The notes below the pieces were generated by a model. That model ran no database searches. It saw only the letters and a program-made list of their open reading frames with translations, and was not told where the DNA came from. Below, piece after piece: positions 21,076 to 31,164 of a stretch of DNA of 64,000 nt. Source of the stretch: Promethearchaeota archaeon (GTDB taxonomy: Archaea; Asgardarchaeota; Lokiarchaeia; Sigyniarchaeales; SOKP01); NCBI GenBank assembly GCA_019058445.1, contig JAHPZA010000006.1, positions 576,001 through 640,000 on the forward strand, given 5' to 3'. Every line of letters starts with the position of its first letter. Position 1 is the first letter of the stretch. Position numbers and translations under genes: made by a program.

Positions 21076-21831
21076 ATGTTAATAGATATACATTGTCATT
21101 GTAATCTTTATTTGGCAATTGATGAGATTATTAAGGAAGCAGAAACTCAAGGAGTTAACAAAATCATTTCTGTAGGAATGAGTGCATTTGGTCTCAAAAG
21201 AGTGTTAGAAATCGCTAAAAAATATGATCAAATATACCCCGCGCTGGGCATTCATCCCGAAGAAGTAAAATTAAATAAAGATGTTGAAAATCAATTAGAC
21301 GCTATTATTGATTTTATAAGAAATAATAGAGAGATTATTTGCGCTATTGGTGAAATTGGCATAGATCACCATTTTATAAAGGAAAAGGAGTTATATCTAA
21401 TACAAAAAATAATTTTTGATAAAATGCTGGCATTAGCTCAAGAATTAAAATTACCTGTAAATCTCCATACAAAAGGAGCAGAGAAATTAATTTTCGAGAC
21501 TTTACCTTCCTATAACCTTCCCAATATAAACATTCACTGGTATTCGGGACCAGAAACCTATTTAAAAGAGGGAATTGAAAGAGGGTATTATTTTTCAATT
21601 ACTCCAGCGATAAAATATTCTCCTGCGGTAAAAAAAGTAGTTTTAAATGTAGATAAAGAACATATACTATTAGAAAGCGATGGCCCAGTTGAATATTCTG
21701 GAAAAATTGGAACTCCCGCAATGACTCGCGAAGTTTTAAACTTAATATCAAAATTTAAAGAAATCCCTGTTGATGATTTAGAGCTGCAAATTGAGAAAAA
21801 TACTCGAGATATCTTTCCAAGAATCTTTTAA
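21076..21831 (+). CDS. tatD: TatD family nuclease/hydrolase
   Basis: DIHCH, GIHP, GEIGID, LLESDGP. Confidence 0.9.
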   Translation: MLIDIHCHCNLYLAIDEIIKEAETQGVNKIISVGMSAFGLKRVLEIAKKYDQIYPALGIHPEEVKLNKDVENQLDAIIDFIRNNREIICAIGEIGIDHHFIKEKELYLIQKIIFDKMLALAQELKLPVNLHTKGAEKLIFETLPSYNLPNINIHWYSGPETYLKEGIERGYYFSITPAIKYSPAVKKVVLNVDKEHILLESDGPVEYSGKIGTPAMTREVLNLISKFKEIPVDDLELQIEKNTRDIFPRIF

Positions 21832-21843
21832 AAATTATACATC

Positions 21844-22035
21844 CTACTGTTTTCTATCTATTAATAATGTACCTGCTACTCCTACATTTTCAGGTGAATG
21901 TTCATTAATAACGATCACATATGCAGATCTTGGAATTTTATAAGCCTTTTCAAGAGCATCCGTAATTTCTTTTATTAAGATTCGCTTTACCTCTACATCA
22001 TCAATTTTGGGACCATCTATCACAACATTTGGCAT
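21844..22035 (-). CDS. dmpI: 4-oxalocrotonate tautomerase family protein (DmpI-like)
   Basis: N-terminal catalytic Pro, 63 aa, ENVGVAG. Confidence 0.85.
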   Translation of the reverse strand: MPNVVIDGPKIDDVEVKRILIKEITDALEKAYKIPRSAYVIVINEHSPENVGVAGTLLIDRKQ

Positions 22036-22095
22036 TTAATAAAATCACTTCTGTTAATACTATTGTTGACAATAATAAACAACATACTCTAGTTA

Positions 22096-23112
22096 TTAGA
22101 TATTCTCTTTTTTCTCGATTAGCTCTATAACTTCGCTTGGAAGGGTTTCTCCTCTATTCTTCATCCGATTAAACATATCCTTGACTTCAGGAATGTTAAC
22201 TCCATAAATATGAAGAGAATTACTAAAATCTAAGTAATGTCCTATCTCTACTCCAAGTCTATCGGCTACATTCTTCTGGATTCTAACCATACCATTTACA
22301 TTAGCCTCCCACGCACGAAAGAGATCTCGGCTTCGCCATGTTGTTTGCATTATAAGTTTCCCTTCTTTTATTCTCATATAAATTCTTTGAAGACAAGGAG
22401 GATCAACATGATATGGGTCAATTAGGGGTCTCCATGTAATTGCTTGTGCTCTGCGACTAAAAGGGCTTTTTTTTAATTTCTGAATAATATATTCAATTTG
22501 ATTAATTTTTGGAAATTCTAAAATATCAAGTGGCAGTTTTTCAATACCTATTTGTTCAGAGATCTTTTTATCTAAATCGAACTCTACTCCATTTCTTAAT
22601 TTCCAGGTATTTGAGTCTGGAGTACTCTTGATCTTCTCTGCTTTTATTAATTTCTGATGCTTTTTCACGAATTCATTATCCACCAATTCTACTTCATAAT
22701 TCGCATGAATAGTATCTTCTAGGGAGAATGGAGTGTAATTAAATATTCTATCATGATAAGAATATGGAAAACTCGCGCCAGACTCCCATATATAATGATC
22801 ATTTGTACCATCCATGATTTCTTCAATATATCCGCTTTGTATGCTTCCAATTAAAAAGGTGTCTGCCATATTCCCATATACTTCATATGAATTACCATAC
22901 TTTGACTTGATTCTTAAGATTTTATCTTTACGCTTAATTGGATTGCTCATGGGATTCTTAATTTCTATTAACACTGTCGCGTCTTTAGAGGGGGGCTCTT
23001 TAGGTTTATCATACTCTGTTTTGATTTCATCACCAGTATATAACACTTGTGCTAAAGCAGAAAGCCACGCATCCCGTACATTTTCTTTAGAAATAAAAAT
23101 TACTTTAGCCAT
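22096..23112 (-). CDS. thyA: Thymidylate synthase (archaeal ThyA type) with an internal insertion
   Basis: YSYHDR, SRRAQAITW, PPCLQ, RSRD, HIY. Confidence 0.8.
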   Translation of the reverse strand: MAKVIFISKENVRDAWLSALAQVLYTGDEIKTEYDKPKEPPSKDATVLIEIKNPMSNPIKRKDKILRIKSKYGNSYEVYGNMADTFLIGSIQSGYIEEIMDGTNDHYIWESGASFPYSYHDRIFNYTPFSLEDTIHANYEVELVDNEFVKKHQKLIKAEKIKSTPDSNTWKLRNGVEFDLDKKISEQIGIEKLPLDILEFPKINQIEYIIQKLKKSPFSRRAQAITWRPLIDPYHVDPPCLQRIYMRIKEGKLIMQTTWRSRDLFRAWEANVNGMVRIQKNVADRLGVEIGHYLDFSNSLHIYGVNIPEVKDMFNRMKNRGETLPSEVIELIEKKENI

Positions 23113-23524
23113 TTTTGATATACGTAAGTTAAACTATATTGAAAATGTATTTTTCATAACTATATAAAATATCTGTTAAAATTTTAATAATATTTAACAA
23201 ATCAAAATAGATTCAATTTACCCTAAAAAATTTAAGGATTTTTTTTTTTAAAAAATGAATCAAAAAAAAAATTCATTAGAACATTTTTATTTATTATTTT
23301 GTAAAAAATTTATCGCTATACAATCAATAATTAATAAATTGATATAATTTGTATAAAGAGACTTCATTTTAGTAATTTATAATTGTTTTAAAGTTGAATA
23401 AATACATATAAATGGGGTTTATAAAAACATAAATTTATAAAAGCTAGCCCAATAATTAATTTGAGTAAATTCATAATATAAAAATTAAAATATTAAAATT
23501 GAATTATAAATTTGAGATGATTTC

Positions 23525-23692
23525 ATGCCTTTAAAAGATACCCTTAAAAACATTGGCGAAAAAACAAAAGATGGCCTTAAAAAGGTAGGAGAAGCTGGAA
23601 AAAAAGCTGGAAAAAAAGTAGGAGAAGCTGGAAAAAAAGCCGGAAAAAAGATTTCAAAAAAAGAAGCAAAGGAAGAAGAAGCAGCAGAATAA
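23525..23692 (+). CDS. Unannotated 55-aa protein with 11-mer amphipathic repeats (MPLKDTLKNIGEKTKDGLKKVGEAGKKAGKKVGEAGKKAGKKISKKEAKEEEAAE)
   Basis: ATG to TAA; purine-rich coding-like segment within AT-rich spacer; in-frame 33-bp tandem repeat. Confidence 0.75.
   Translation: MPLKDTLKNIGEKTKDGLKKVGEAGKKAGKKVGEAGKKAGKKISKKEAKEEEAAE
23579..23644 (+). repeat. 2 x 33-bp in-frame tandem repeat encoding KKVGEAGKKAG
   Basis: aaaaaggtaggagaagctggaaaaaaagctgga / aaaaaagtaggagaagctggaaaaaaagccgga; both differences are synonymous. Confidence 0.85.
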
Positions 23693-23930
23693 TTATAAAG
23701 CAGATATTTATCAAAATATTGCTTTTCTAATTAATTATTATTGTTTTTTTATTTTATTATAATCTTATTTTTTAAGATATTTTAACAAAAACCATAAATT
23801 TTTCTACTAAAATAGAGAATTTTCCTTGATAAATTTTATATACTAAAATTTTTAAGTAGTAAATTTACATATTTTTACTATAATAAAATCTTTCAAAAAA
23901 CTAATTTAAATATTTAAAAAGGTAGAAATT

Positions 23931-24068
23931 ATGGGAGACGAAGAAGAAAAAAAGAAAAAAGCCGAAAAAAAGAAGAAAAAAGCTAAAAAAGAAGCCAAGA
24001 AAGACGTCAAAAAAGGGATGAAAAAATTCGGTAAGAAGCTAATTAAAGGAGCTTTAGGTAATGACTAA
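23931..24068 (+). CDS. Unannotated 45-aa lysine-rich protein (MGDEEEKKKKAEKKKKKAKKEAKKDVKKGMKKFGKKLIKGALGND)
   Basis: AAGGTAG + 5 nt + ATG, TAA stop, coding-like composition. Confidence 0.7.
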   Translation: MGDEEEKKKKAEKKKKKAKKEAKKDVKKGMKKFGKKLIKGALGND

Positions 24069-24213
24069 AGATTAATTTTAAGCTTCTCTCTCTAGCTTAA
24101 ATTAAACTTTAACTCTTTTTTTCCTACTATTTATAAAAATATAACGTCAAAATTTTATATATTTTTTAATTTCTTTTATACAAAAAGTAATGAGATAATA
24201 TGAGGAGATTGAA

Positions 24214-24519
24214 TTGAGTAGCGGAACTGTGAAGTATCTTATCCATATGGAGCCTCCATTTAGTATTTTAGCTAAAAAATCAAATGATATAGTATATTTC
24301 GATAAGGAATTAAAATTGATTGAATTAATTGAATATTTTCAGGAAAAGTTTGGTGATGAATTTAAAAATCTAGTTTGGGATAAGGAAAAAAAGGATGAAC
24401 TACACAAAATGCTTTCTATAATAATTAACGGAAGATCGTATCGAGATGAGCATTTTTTAGAAACCCTCTTAAAAGATGGTGATGATATTTCCTTTATCTA
24501 CATCTTCTTTGGAGGATAA
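24214..24519 (+). CDS. MoaD/ThiS/SAMP ubiquitin-like protein
   Basis: IIING, LKDGDDI, C-terminal GG. Confidence 0.85.
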   Translation: MSSGTVKYLIHMEPPFSILAKKSNDIVYFDKELKLIELIEYFQEKFGDEFKNLVWDKEKKDELHKMLSIIINGRSYRDEHFLETLLKDGDDISFIYIFFGG

Positions 24520-24550
24520 TCAACTCATTCTAATTTCTACTCAATCAAAC

Positions 24551-25252
24551 CTATTTTATTTCGATAGATAATTCAAAAAATGCATCCTCTTTCTTATTAG
24601 CGACATTAATTTTCTCAACTTTGCATTCCACAGGCCTTCCAACTTCCCTTTCCCATAAAGCTTCAATAATCCCGGATACAATATAAAAATGATAAATGAA
24701 ATCTTTAGTTTTGTCTAAAAATTCCGAATTTGTAAATCTGTAAACTGCTCTATTACCCGATTCATCCATTATTGGCTCGGAGATCTCAATTGAAGGTTGT
24801 AGGATATCATAGGAAGGGTAAAATTTACCGAAAACTTCAAAATATATCTTAGGAATTGAAATATTCCTCAGATTTTTTAGTCCTTTCTTCACAGTGGGAC
24901 CGAATGAAAAATCGATATACTCTAAACTACTACGCCCTATATCTTTAAAGACTTCCTCGTTATTGGGAAAATTTTTCTTTAAACCTGATAAAAGTGCTTT
25001 ATAATATGATGAGATAATTTCTTTTGGAAAAAAACTTTTCTTAGAACTGAAATATAAGTTATATGCCCCAACTTTTCGTTTAAATATTTTTTGTTTGATT
25101 TCAAGCATAGACACATATTTAGAGATTGTATTTCTTGAATACCCTTTTTCTTTTGCTATGTCTGTTATAGTAATGCCACTAGGATTTTCTCTGATACAGT
25201 CCATAATTTTTGTTTCATAATCTATTTGTTCTCTTGGAATGGCAATTTTCAC
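24551..25252 (-). CDS. wHTH transcription regulator with V4R-like ligand-binding domain
   Basis: ITITDIAKEKGYSRNTISKY HTH; C-terminal SGIIEAL..VECKV. Confidence 0.75.
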   Translation of the reverse strand: MKIAIPREQIDYETKIMDCIRENPSGITITDIAKEKGYSRNTISKYVSMLEIKQKIFKRKVGAYNLYFSSKKSFFPKEIISSYYKALLSGLKKNFPNNEEVFKDIGRSSLEYIDFSFGPTVKKGLKNLRNISIPKIYFEVFGKFYPSYDILQPSIEISEPIMDESGNRAVYRFTNSEFLDKTKDFIYHFYIVSGIIEALWEREVGRPVECKVEKINVANKKEDAFFELSIEIK

Positions 25253-25389
25253 CTGTATTATGTAGTAAAGAATATGCTTTATGACTATTTCTATAGGAAC
25301 ATTAGATAATAATTTCTATCATTAGGATATAATTTTTATTCAAATAATAATCTTATCAGCCTAAGCTGGTATATTGTTAAATGGAATAT

Positions 25390-26469
25390 TTAAAATACAG
25401 AGATCTTAATAGTAATAAGAAATAATATGAGAACAAATCCAGTAATAAACGGATTTAAATAATTATCTTGTAATTTAATTTTGCTTGTTAAAAGGTCAAT
25501 CAAAACAAATACCGTTGAAAGAATTAAGGCGACGTATAATGTTAATTCTAATCCCCAGTTTGATAATTGAAAATGATTAGAAAAAGCTACTGCGAAAATT
25601 GTACAAATAAAAGTAAAAACAAAACCTCCGATATAGCCTTCAATAGATTTATTAGTACTTTTTGGAAAATGATGTTTTTTATCTCCAGTAAATATGCCAA
25701 TCATCGAGGCCATAGCATCTGCCACAGAGGTTATTAAAAGTACGATAAAAAATATAGGAAAAGTGAAGAAAATAAAAGGTCCAAAAGAAAAAACCATAAC
25801 AGATGTGCTAGAAAAGGAGTCTAATTCATCAGGAGTAAGTCCTGCTTTACACATTTTAATTGCAGCAGGAGGCATATAACCAAAATCAAATAACCTTATT
25901 AAATCTTGGGCAATAAAAGTTAAAGCAAAATCAATCCCGATTATAATTACAATAAACATCGCATAATTAATCCATGCGCTTCCCAATAATTCGAAAAAAA
26001 TATAATAACTAACTACAATACATAATCCAACTACAGCTCCAGGAAGAATATGAGTGATTCTCCGCTTTATTTGGCTTCTTTCGGAATAATTTTCCAAGAA
26101 CTCTTTACAAAAAACTTCATAATTATGTTGTTCGAGTAAAAGTTCGGGATTTCTAATGGTTCTTATTTTTGCGGAAATCCCCCAAAAAGAAACACCAATC
26201 ATGACTCCTACAATAAAAATGTTACCTAAAAGAGATAGCTCGTCTATCGCATTAGGAATTATTATCCCCTTCTCATTCCTACCGAATTTCAATATTAAAT
26301 GCGGATAAACAAATGCAAATGCTATTGTTAAAAGGGTATATATAACCTCATCGATTTTCTTATATGCGCTTTTATCCTCAACATTCCATGTTCTTACTAT
26401 ATGCACTAGCATTATTGATGCAAAAATGAGGCATAAAATCGTAACCGGTAAATATGAGAATAAAAGCAT
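25390..26469 (-). CDS. Dolichol/phytol kinase-like polyprenol kinase
   Basis: RRITH, ADAMASMIG, KSIEG, QDNYLNP. Confidence 0.75.
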   Translation of the reverse strand: MLLFSYLPVTILCLIFASIMLVHIVRTWNVEDKSAYKKIDEVIYTLLTIAFAFVYPHLILKFGRNEKGIIIPNAIDELSLLGNIFIVGVMIGVSFWGISAKIRTIRNPELLLEQHNYEVFCKEFLENYSERSQIKRRITHILPGAVVGLCIVVSYYIFFELLGSAWINYAMFIVIIIGIDFALTFIAQDLIRLFDFGYMPPAAIKMCKAGLTPDELDSFSSTSVMVFSFGPFIFFTFPIFFIVLLITSVADAMASMIGIFTGDKKHHFPKSTNKSIEGYIGGFVFTFICTIFAVAFSNHFQLSNWGLELTLYVALILSTVFVLIDLLTSKIKLQDNYLNPFITGFVLILFLITIKISVF

Positions 26470-26570
26470 TTTTTTCCGGAGTTCTTTATTATTTTTTAAT
26501 CAATTATTGATTGTTTTTCAATATTTTAACACTTATAAAAGATATTTTAAGAATAAGAGTATCTTTTAGG

Positions 26571-26720
26571 TTATTTCTTTGTTCTCAACCACCCTTTTTC
26601 AAAAATCCAGTCAAAATCAAAAATTTCTGACTCATCATTTTCAGCTTTAACTGTGTCTTCATCATTATTTGACGTTTCAGTGAGTACTGATTTTAATTTC
26701 TTGTTATCTTCTTCCATCAT
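26571..26720 (-). CDS. Unannotated 49-aa acidic protein (MMEEDNKK...ESEIFDFDWIFEKGWLRTKK)
   Basis: AAGGTGG SD upstream of ATG; TAA stop; same strand as neighbours. Confidence 0.65.
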   Translation of the reverse strand: MMEEDNKKLKSVLTETSNNDEDTVKAENDESEIFDFDWIFEKGWLRTKK

Positions 26721-26830
26721 TTTACAGTCCACCTTAAAATAAGTAGTACGCTCCTAAGGAATAATAATTGTTATATGAGGGTAAGTTTAAAAAAATTTAA
26801 ATTTTTCTTTCTTATTCTCCTAAAACTCAT

Positions 26831-27958
26831 TTAAATATATTGGAGTATAACTGAATAATACTCTAAATCTAAAATATAACGAATAATTACGTACATAATA
26901 GAACATCCTATTGGGATTAAAAGATTATCTGATAATTTTATTGGTTTACTCGTACTTATATCAAAAATCATAAATGCTCCAGCCAAAAGAATTCCATAAA
27001 AAGGTCCTATAAAAATTACGCATATTATAAAGCTTGTGATGGTACCTGCTAAAGTCCCTTCATATGTTTTATTGGGATTCCATGCGATATGTTTTTTCCC
27101 ATATCGTATTCCAACTTGGCTTGTCATTAAATCTCCTATCGAACTCATTCCTAAAATGGCAAAAAAAACCATTGGGGGGCATAAAAACGCTGCGAACATT
27201 TGCCCTATACAAAAATAAAGATATGTACAATATGATTGCTTCTCCTCCTCAGACATAATTAATATTGGAAGGATATTAAACGGAAACGCTAGATATTTAG
27301 TTTTTCGCGTTAGTTCATTTACAAGCATTATAATGCAAAAGATATAGAAAAAGAAAAATAGTACATAGTAGAACCATTGTAATGAAAACATAATATTTTC
27401 TATAGAATTTGGCTTTGTCAATATTCTAAAGTATAAATAAAGCATATTGGTTGAATCTGGATCAATTTTTATTTTTTCATTGTTATCATCATTATTAGTA
27501 GATTCCCTTACCATATTATAACTAATGTACCAAAGACCAATGAGACCAATAAAGATTAATACGTGATTTATCTTTCTGATAATATCTTTTTTAATTTTGC
27601 TTGTTTCATTTAATCTATTTTCCAATCTATTTATAAATTTACTAACGTCTTTTTCTTTCGATAATAATTTAAATAAACCTACGAATGCTGTCGATACGAG
27701 TAATATGGCACCAATTAAGACAATAGGCAAAAGGAGTGTGAATGTGAAGAGAGGTAATGTTTCATGATGAAGGTCCTCATCTTGTACCATTAAAATAAGG
27801 AATAAGAGTATGTTTATAAACACAAAAAATAAAGCTCCAAAACTTACCATATTACTAAGGACATCTGATCTATATGAAAAATACAGAAATCCAAAAAGCA
27901 TAAGAAAATAAGAAACCAACAATAATAAATACCAAATATAGAAAATGCTAATAAACAT
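26831..27958 (-). CDS. Dolichol/phytol kinase-like polyprenol kinase
   Basis: RKINH, GDLMTSQVG, NKTYEG, SDNLLIP. Confidence 0.78.
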   Translation of the reverse strand: MFISIFYIWYLLLLVSYFLMLFGFLYFSYRSDVLSNMVSFGALFFVFINILLFLILMVQDEDLHHETLPLFTFTLLLPIVLIGAILLVSTAFVGLFKLLSKEKDVSKFINRLENRLNETSKIKKDIIRKINHVLIFIGLIGLWYISYNMVRESTNNDDNNEKIKIDPDSTNMLYLYFRILTKPNSIENIMFSLQWFYYVLFFFFYIFCIIMLVNELTRKTKYLAFPFNILPILIMSEEEKQSYCTYLYFCIGQMFAAFLCPPMVFFAILGMSSIGDLMTSQVGIRYGKKHIAWNPNKTYEGTLAGTITSFIICVIFIGPFYGILLAGAFMIFDISTSKPIKLSDNLLIPIGCSIMYVIIRYILDLEYYSVILQYI

Positions 27959-28055
27959 TTGACAACTAATAAATTAGTTAATTTATTAAATGAATCAATC
28001 TGAGTTTAAAAGGAAAGAAACCATAAATATAATTTACTAAAAATAAAGCTTAATT

Positions 28056-28652
28056 ATGAAAAATATCGTTTTAGCTTCCAAATCCTTGGACCGCGGGGAA
28101 ATTTTTAAACGCGCGAATATTCCATTTGAGGTTATGGTAACCAACATAGATGAGGATGAATATAAAAAAGAAATTTCTAATCCTATTGAATTAGTAAAGC
28201 AATTGGCGAATGCAAAAGCGCTTAACGCAAAAAAAAAATTAGCTCAAGAGAACAAAGAAGCAATCATAGTAGCGGCTGATACTATCGTTGAATTAGATGG
28301 TGTAATTATTGGGAAGGCTAACGATGAGGAGCATGCATTTAGAATTTTAAAGAAATTAGTGGGAAAACCTCATAATTTAATTACGGGTATTGCTGTTACT
28401 GAGACTTATAATCCTAAAATCATCTTAGATCATGACTCTACTTCAGTCACATTTTTAGATTTAACTGATAAAGAAATTTGGGATTATATTGCATCTGGAG
28501 AATGGCAAGGAAGAGCTGGGGCATATTCTATTAGAGAAAAGGCAAGTCTTTTTATCGAAGCCATTCAAGGTTCCTCTTCAAACGTTATAGGATTACCCAT
28601 GTCTAAATTTTACCAGATCTTAAAAAAAGAATTTAATCAAATTCTACTCTAA
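28056..28652 (+). CDS. maf: Maf family nucleoside triphosphate pyrophosphatase
   Basis: IVLASKS..R, ADTIV, GRAGAY, NVIGLP. Confidence 0.92.
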   Translation: MKNIVLASKSLDRGEIFKRANIPFEVMVTNIDEDEYKKEISNPIELVKQLANAKALNAKKKLAQENKEAIIVAADTIVELDGVIIGKANDEEHAFRILKKLVGKPHNLITGIAVTETYNPKIILDHDSTSVTFLDLTDKEIWDYIASGEWQGRAGAYSIREKASLFIEAIQGSSSNVIGLPMSKFYQILKKEFNQILL

Positions 28653-29624
28653 TGATTGTTCTTTTAAATTAATGATTTCTTTTTCAATTATTTCATAATC
28701 TTGGGGATAAAATATTTTAAAAATCCTATACCAATCAATTCCAATTAATCCTCCTGCTATAAAGCAAAGGAGATAACCCAGTTGAATAACTAATTCGTCA
28801 TCGATATTAAAAATTTGATATGGTAAGAAATCAATTCCATATATGATCATATTTACAGAAATGATGGTCAATAACATTCCAAGTGGATATATTATTAATT
28901 TAGGAACTTTAAAAAAATGGAGGTCTTCTTTTGTTAAATGTTTAAAAACACGGTTTTGAACTTTTTCAAGATTATTTTGCGCTTTTAATTTAATTTCAAT
29001 GAAGTTTAAATGAATTATATCACGCCAATCTCGAAAGAAAAAAAAACTCCCTAATAATAAGAATATGAATGAAAGAATTTGAACAAATAATAGAATTAAG
29101 CTTGATCTTCGGTAATAAGGATGGCTTAAAAAAAGTAAAGATGGTCTTAGTAGGAGTAAAAAAAATCCTATTATGAGAAAAATAAGACCCACGAATCCCT
29201 CATGTAAATGATATCTCCCTAAAATTGTAGCAGCTTCAAATTTGGCTGTGATTTTCTTTATATCATAAGCAATATAGACAATCAATCCAGGTGCTATCAT
29301 TGAAAAGGAAATTAGAGTAATTAATTCCCAAAAATCCCAAAAGAAGCGGGATAATGGAATTAATCCTAGAACATATGCAATAATCCAAGTAAATATCATA
29401 AAAAGCATAATATATTTGAAAAACCGGAGATAGTGGTTAAAATTAAGAAAAAAGATAAATGAAAAGAAAAGAATATTAAGTAGAATGAGCAGTAAAAAGC
29501 GGCTAAACGCAATTTCAAAGGAATTATATACATAAGTTCTTTTGGAATAATCATAAAGTAAAAATGAACTAATACTAAAAATCAAGCATATAAATATTAC
29601 TGTTAATCTATAGGCCTTTCTCAT
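28644..29624 (-). CDS. Multi-pass membrane protein of unknown function
   Basis: About 8 TM helices; YHLHEG motif. Confidence 0.7.
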   Translation of the reverse strand: MRKAYRLTVIFICLIFSISSFLLYDYSKRTYVYNSFEIAFSRFLLLILLNILFFSFIFFLNFNHYLRFFKYIMLFMIFTWIIAYVLGLIPLSRFFWDFWELITLISFSMIAPGLIVYIAYDIKKITAKFEAATILGRYHLHEGFVGLIFLIIGFFLLLLRPSLLFLSHPYYRRSSLILLFVQILSFIFLLLGSFFFFRDWRDIIHLNFIEIKLKAQNNLEKVQNRVFKHLTKEDLHFFKVPKLIIYPLGMLLTIISVNMIIYGIDFLPYQIFNIDDELVIQLGYLLCFIAGGLIGIDWYRIFKIFYPQDYEIIEKEIINLKEQSLE

Positions 29625-29738
29625 TAAAACGTTAAATGAATTTTGTATTTAAAGTTTAGCTAATATGATATTACTTTTTTGATTTTTAATGCTTATATTA
29701 TAGATTTAAAATGAAGTAAAAAAAAATAATAAAAAATG

Positions 29739-30479
29739 TTAATCCTGTTTTATCAAACGATTTGCTATAGGATCAGGTAAAAAGAATCCTAAATAATATT
29801 CAATAGCGCTTGAAATTAGTAATAGTCTAACTATCACTAATTCTAATGGTGTAAATGTTAATATAGCGTCTAAAAAAGCACCAACGGCAAATGATATAAT
29901 GGCTATCAAGAAAAACCTCCCTTTCCATTGAATCGAAGGATCTTCTGAACGCATTGAATTCCTTGCAAAGATAATTCCTGTAATAAGTACAGTAAATATT
30001 CCAAAAACTTTAAAGATATCAGGAATCATATTATGAGAAGCGTCAAACCTTCCCTCCTCACTCCATGTTCCAATAATCTCAGGATTTATTATCAATGCAA
30101 TTATAAGATATATTTCATATATTACACAAATAATTCCAAAGATTACTGTCATCTTTCTTACCGATCTCGGATAGACAAGAGTAGAAAAAGCATAAATCCA
30201 ACATACTATAGCCAATGGAATAAAAACATTTTCCATAAAAAGATAAGGAAATAATTCTAGTTCATAGTCAACTAATACGTACAATAGAAACGCGAGTGAA
30301 TTTCCCATCCAAGGAGTAGCGATACCCATCCACGCAATTCCAACTCCAACCAATTCCATACGTTTGTGCTCAAAATATTTCAGTAATATCCTTATCCCTA
30401 CTAATAGCGATATTACAACGAATATTGTGGTAAAAATTCCATGAAGTATATCTAATTCCGATAATTCTTCTATTCCCAT
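29739..30479 (-). CDS. 7-TM membrane protein of unknown function
   Basis: Seven hydrophobic segments; C-terminal YLGFFLP. Confidence 0.7.
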   Translation of the reverse strand: MGIEELSELDILHGIFTTIFVVISLLVGIRILLKYFEHKRMELVGVGIAWMGIATPWMGNSLAFLLYVLVDYELELFPYLFMENVFIPLAIVCWIYAFSTLVYPRSVRKMTVIFGIICVIYEIYLIIALIINPEIIGTWSEEGRFDASHNMIPDIFKVFGIFTVLITGIIFARNSMRSEDPSIQWKGRFFLIAIISFAVGAFLDAILTFTPLELVIVRLLLISSAIEYYLGFFLPDPIANRLIKQD

Positions 30480-30594
30480 AAAATCACTTAATTTATTGTA
30501 AATGGTAATATAACTATTGTATAATACTTATTGTATTTAAACATATATTCAATACTGAACTCATTTAAATTATCTTTCATAATTAGAAATCAAA

Positions 30595-31164
30595 ATGACA
30601 AGTTTTATAGCGTGTGTAGGCTCTCTTAATCCTACAAAAGTAAATGCGGTCAAAGCTGCATTTGAAAAATATTTTACTGAATTTGAAATCTTCAACATTG
30701 AAGTGAATTCAGAGGTTCCTAATCAGCCTATTGGAATGGAATCAATTTTAAAAGAAGCAAAAATTAGAGCTGAATATGCATTAAAATACCTCATTAATGA
30801 AAAACATATAAATACAAATATTTTCGGAATTGGCATAGAAGCGGGATTAGTTAAAGTACCATTTACGAAAACAAACTATATGGATTTTCAGTTTTGTGTT
30901 ATAATAGACGAAAATGGAATCACAACCCTAGGTTCTGGAATAGCTTTTGAATATCCACAGTCAGTTATTAATGAAATTCTTTCAAACCAAGAAAATGAAA
31001 TAGGTACTATCGTAGGAAAGCTCGCAAATAACTTAAACTTGAAAAATGAAGCTGGTGCAATCAGTTTTTTAAGTAAAAATGTTATTACACGAACAGAAAT
31101 TCTAACGCAAGCTGTTATTTGTGCCTTACTACCTCGGATAAATAGGGAATTATATGAGTTATAA
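30595..31164 (+). CDS. yjjX: Non-canonical inosine/xanthosine triphosphatase
   Basis: GSLNPTK, S.VPNQP, GIEAG, GAISFLS...R. Confidence 0.88.
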   Translation: MTSFIACVGSLNPTKVNAVKAAFEKYFTEFEIFNIEVNSEVPNQPIGMESILKEAKIRAEYALKYLINEKHINTNIFGIGIEAGLVKVPFTKTNYMDFQFCVIIDENGITTLGSGIAFEYPQSVINEILSNQENEIGTIVGKLANNLNLKNEAGAISFLSKNVITRTEILTQAVICALLPRINRELYEL

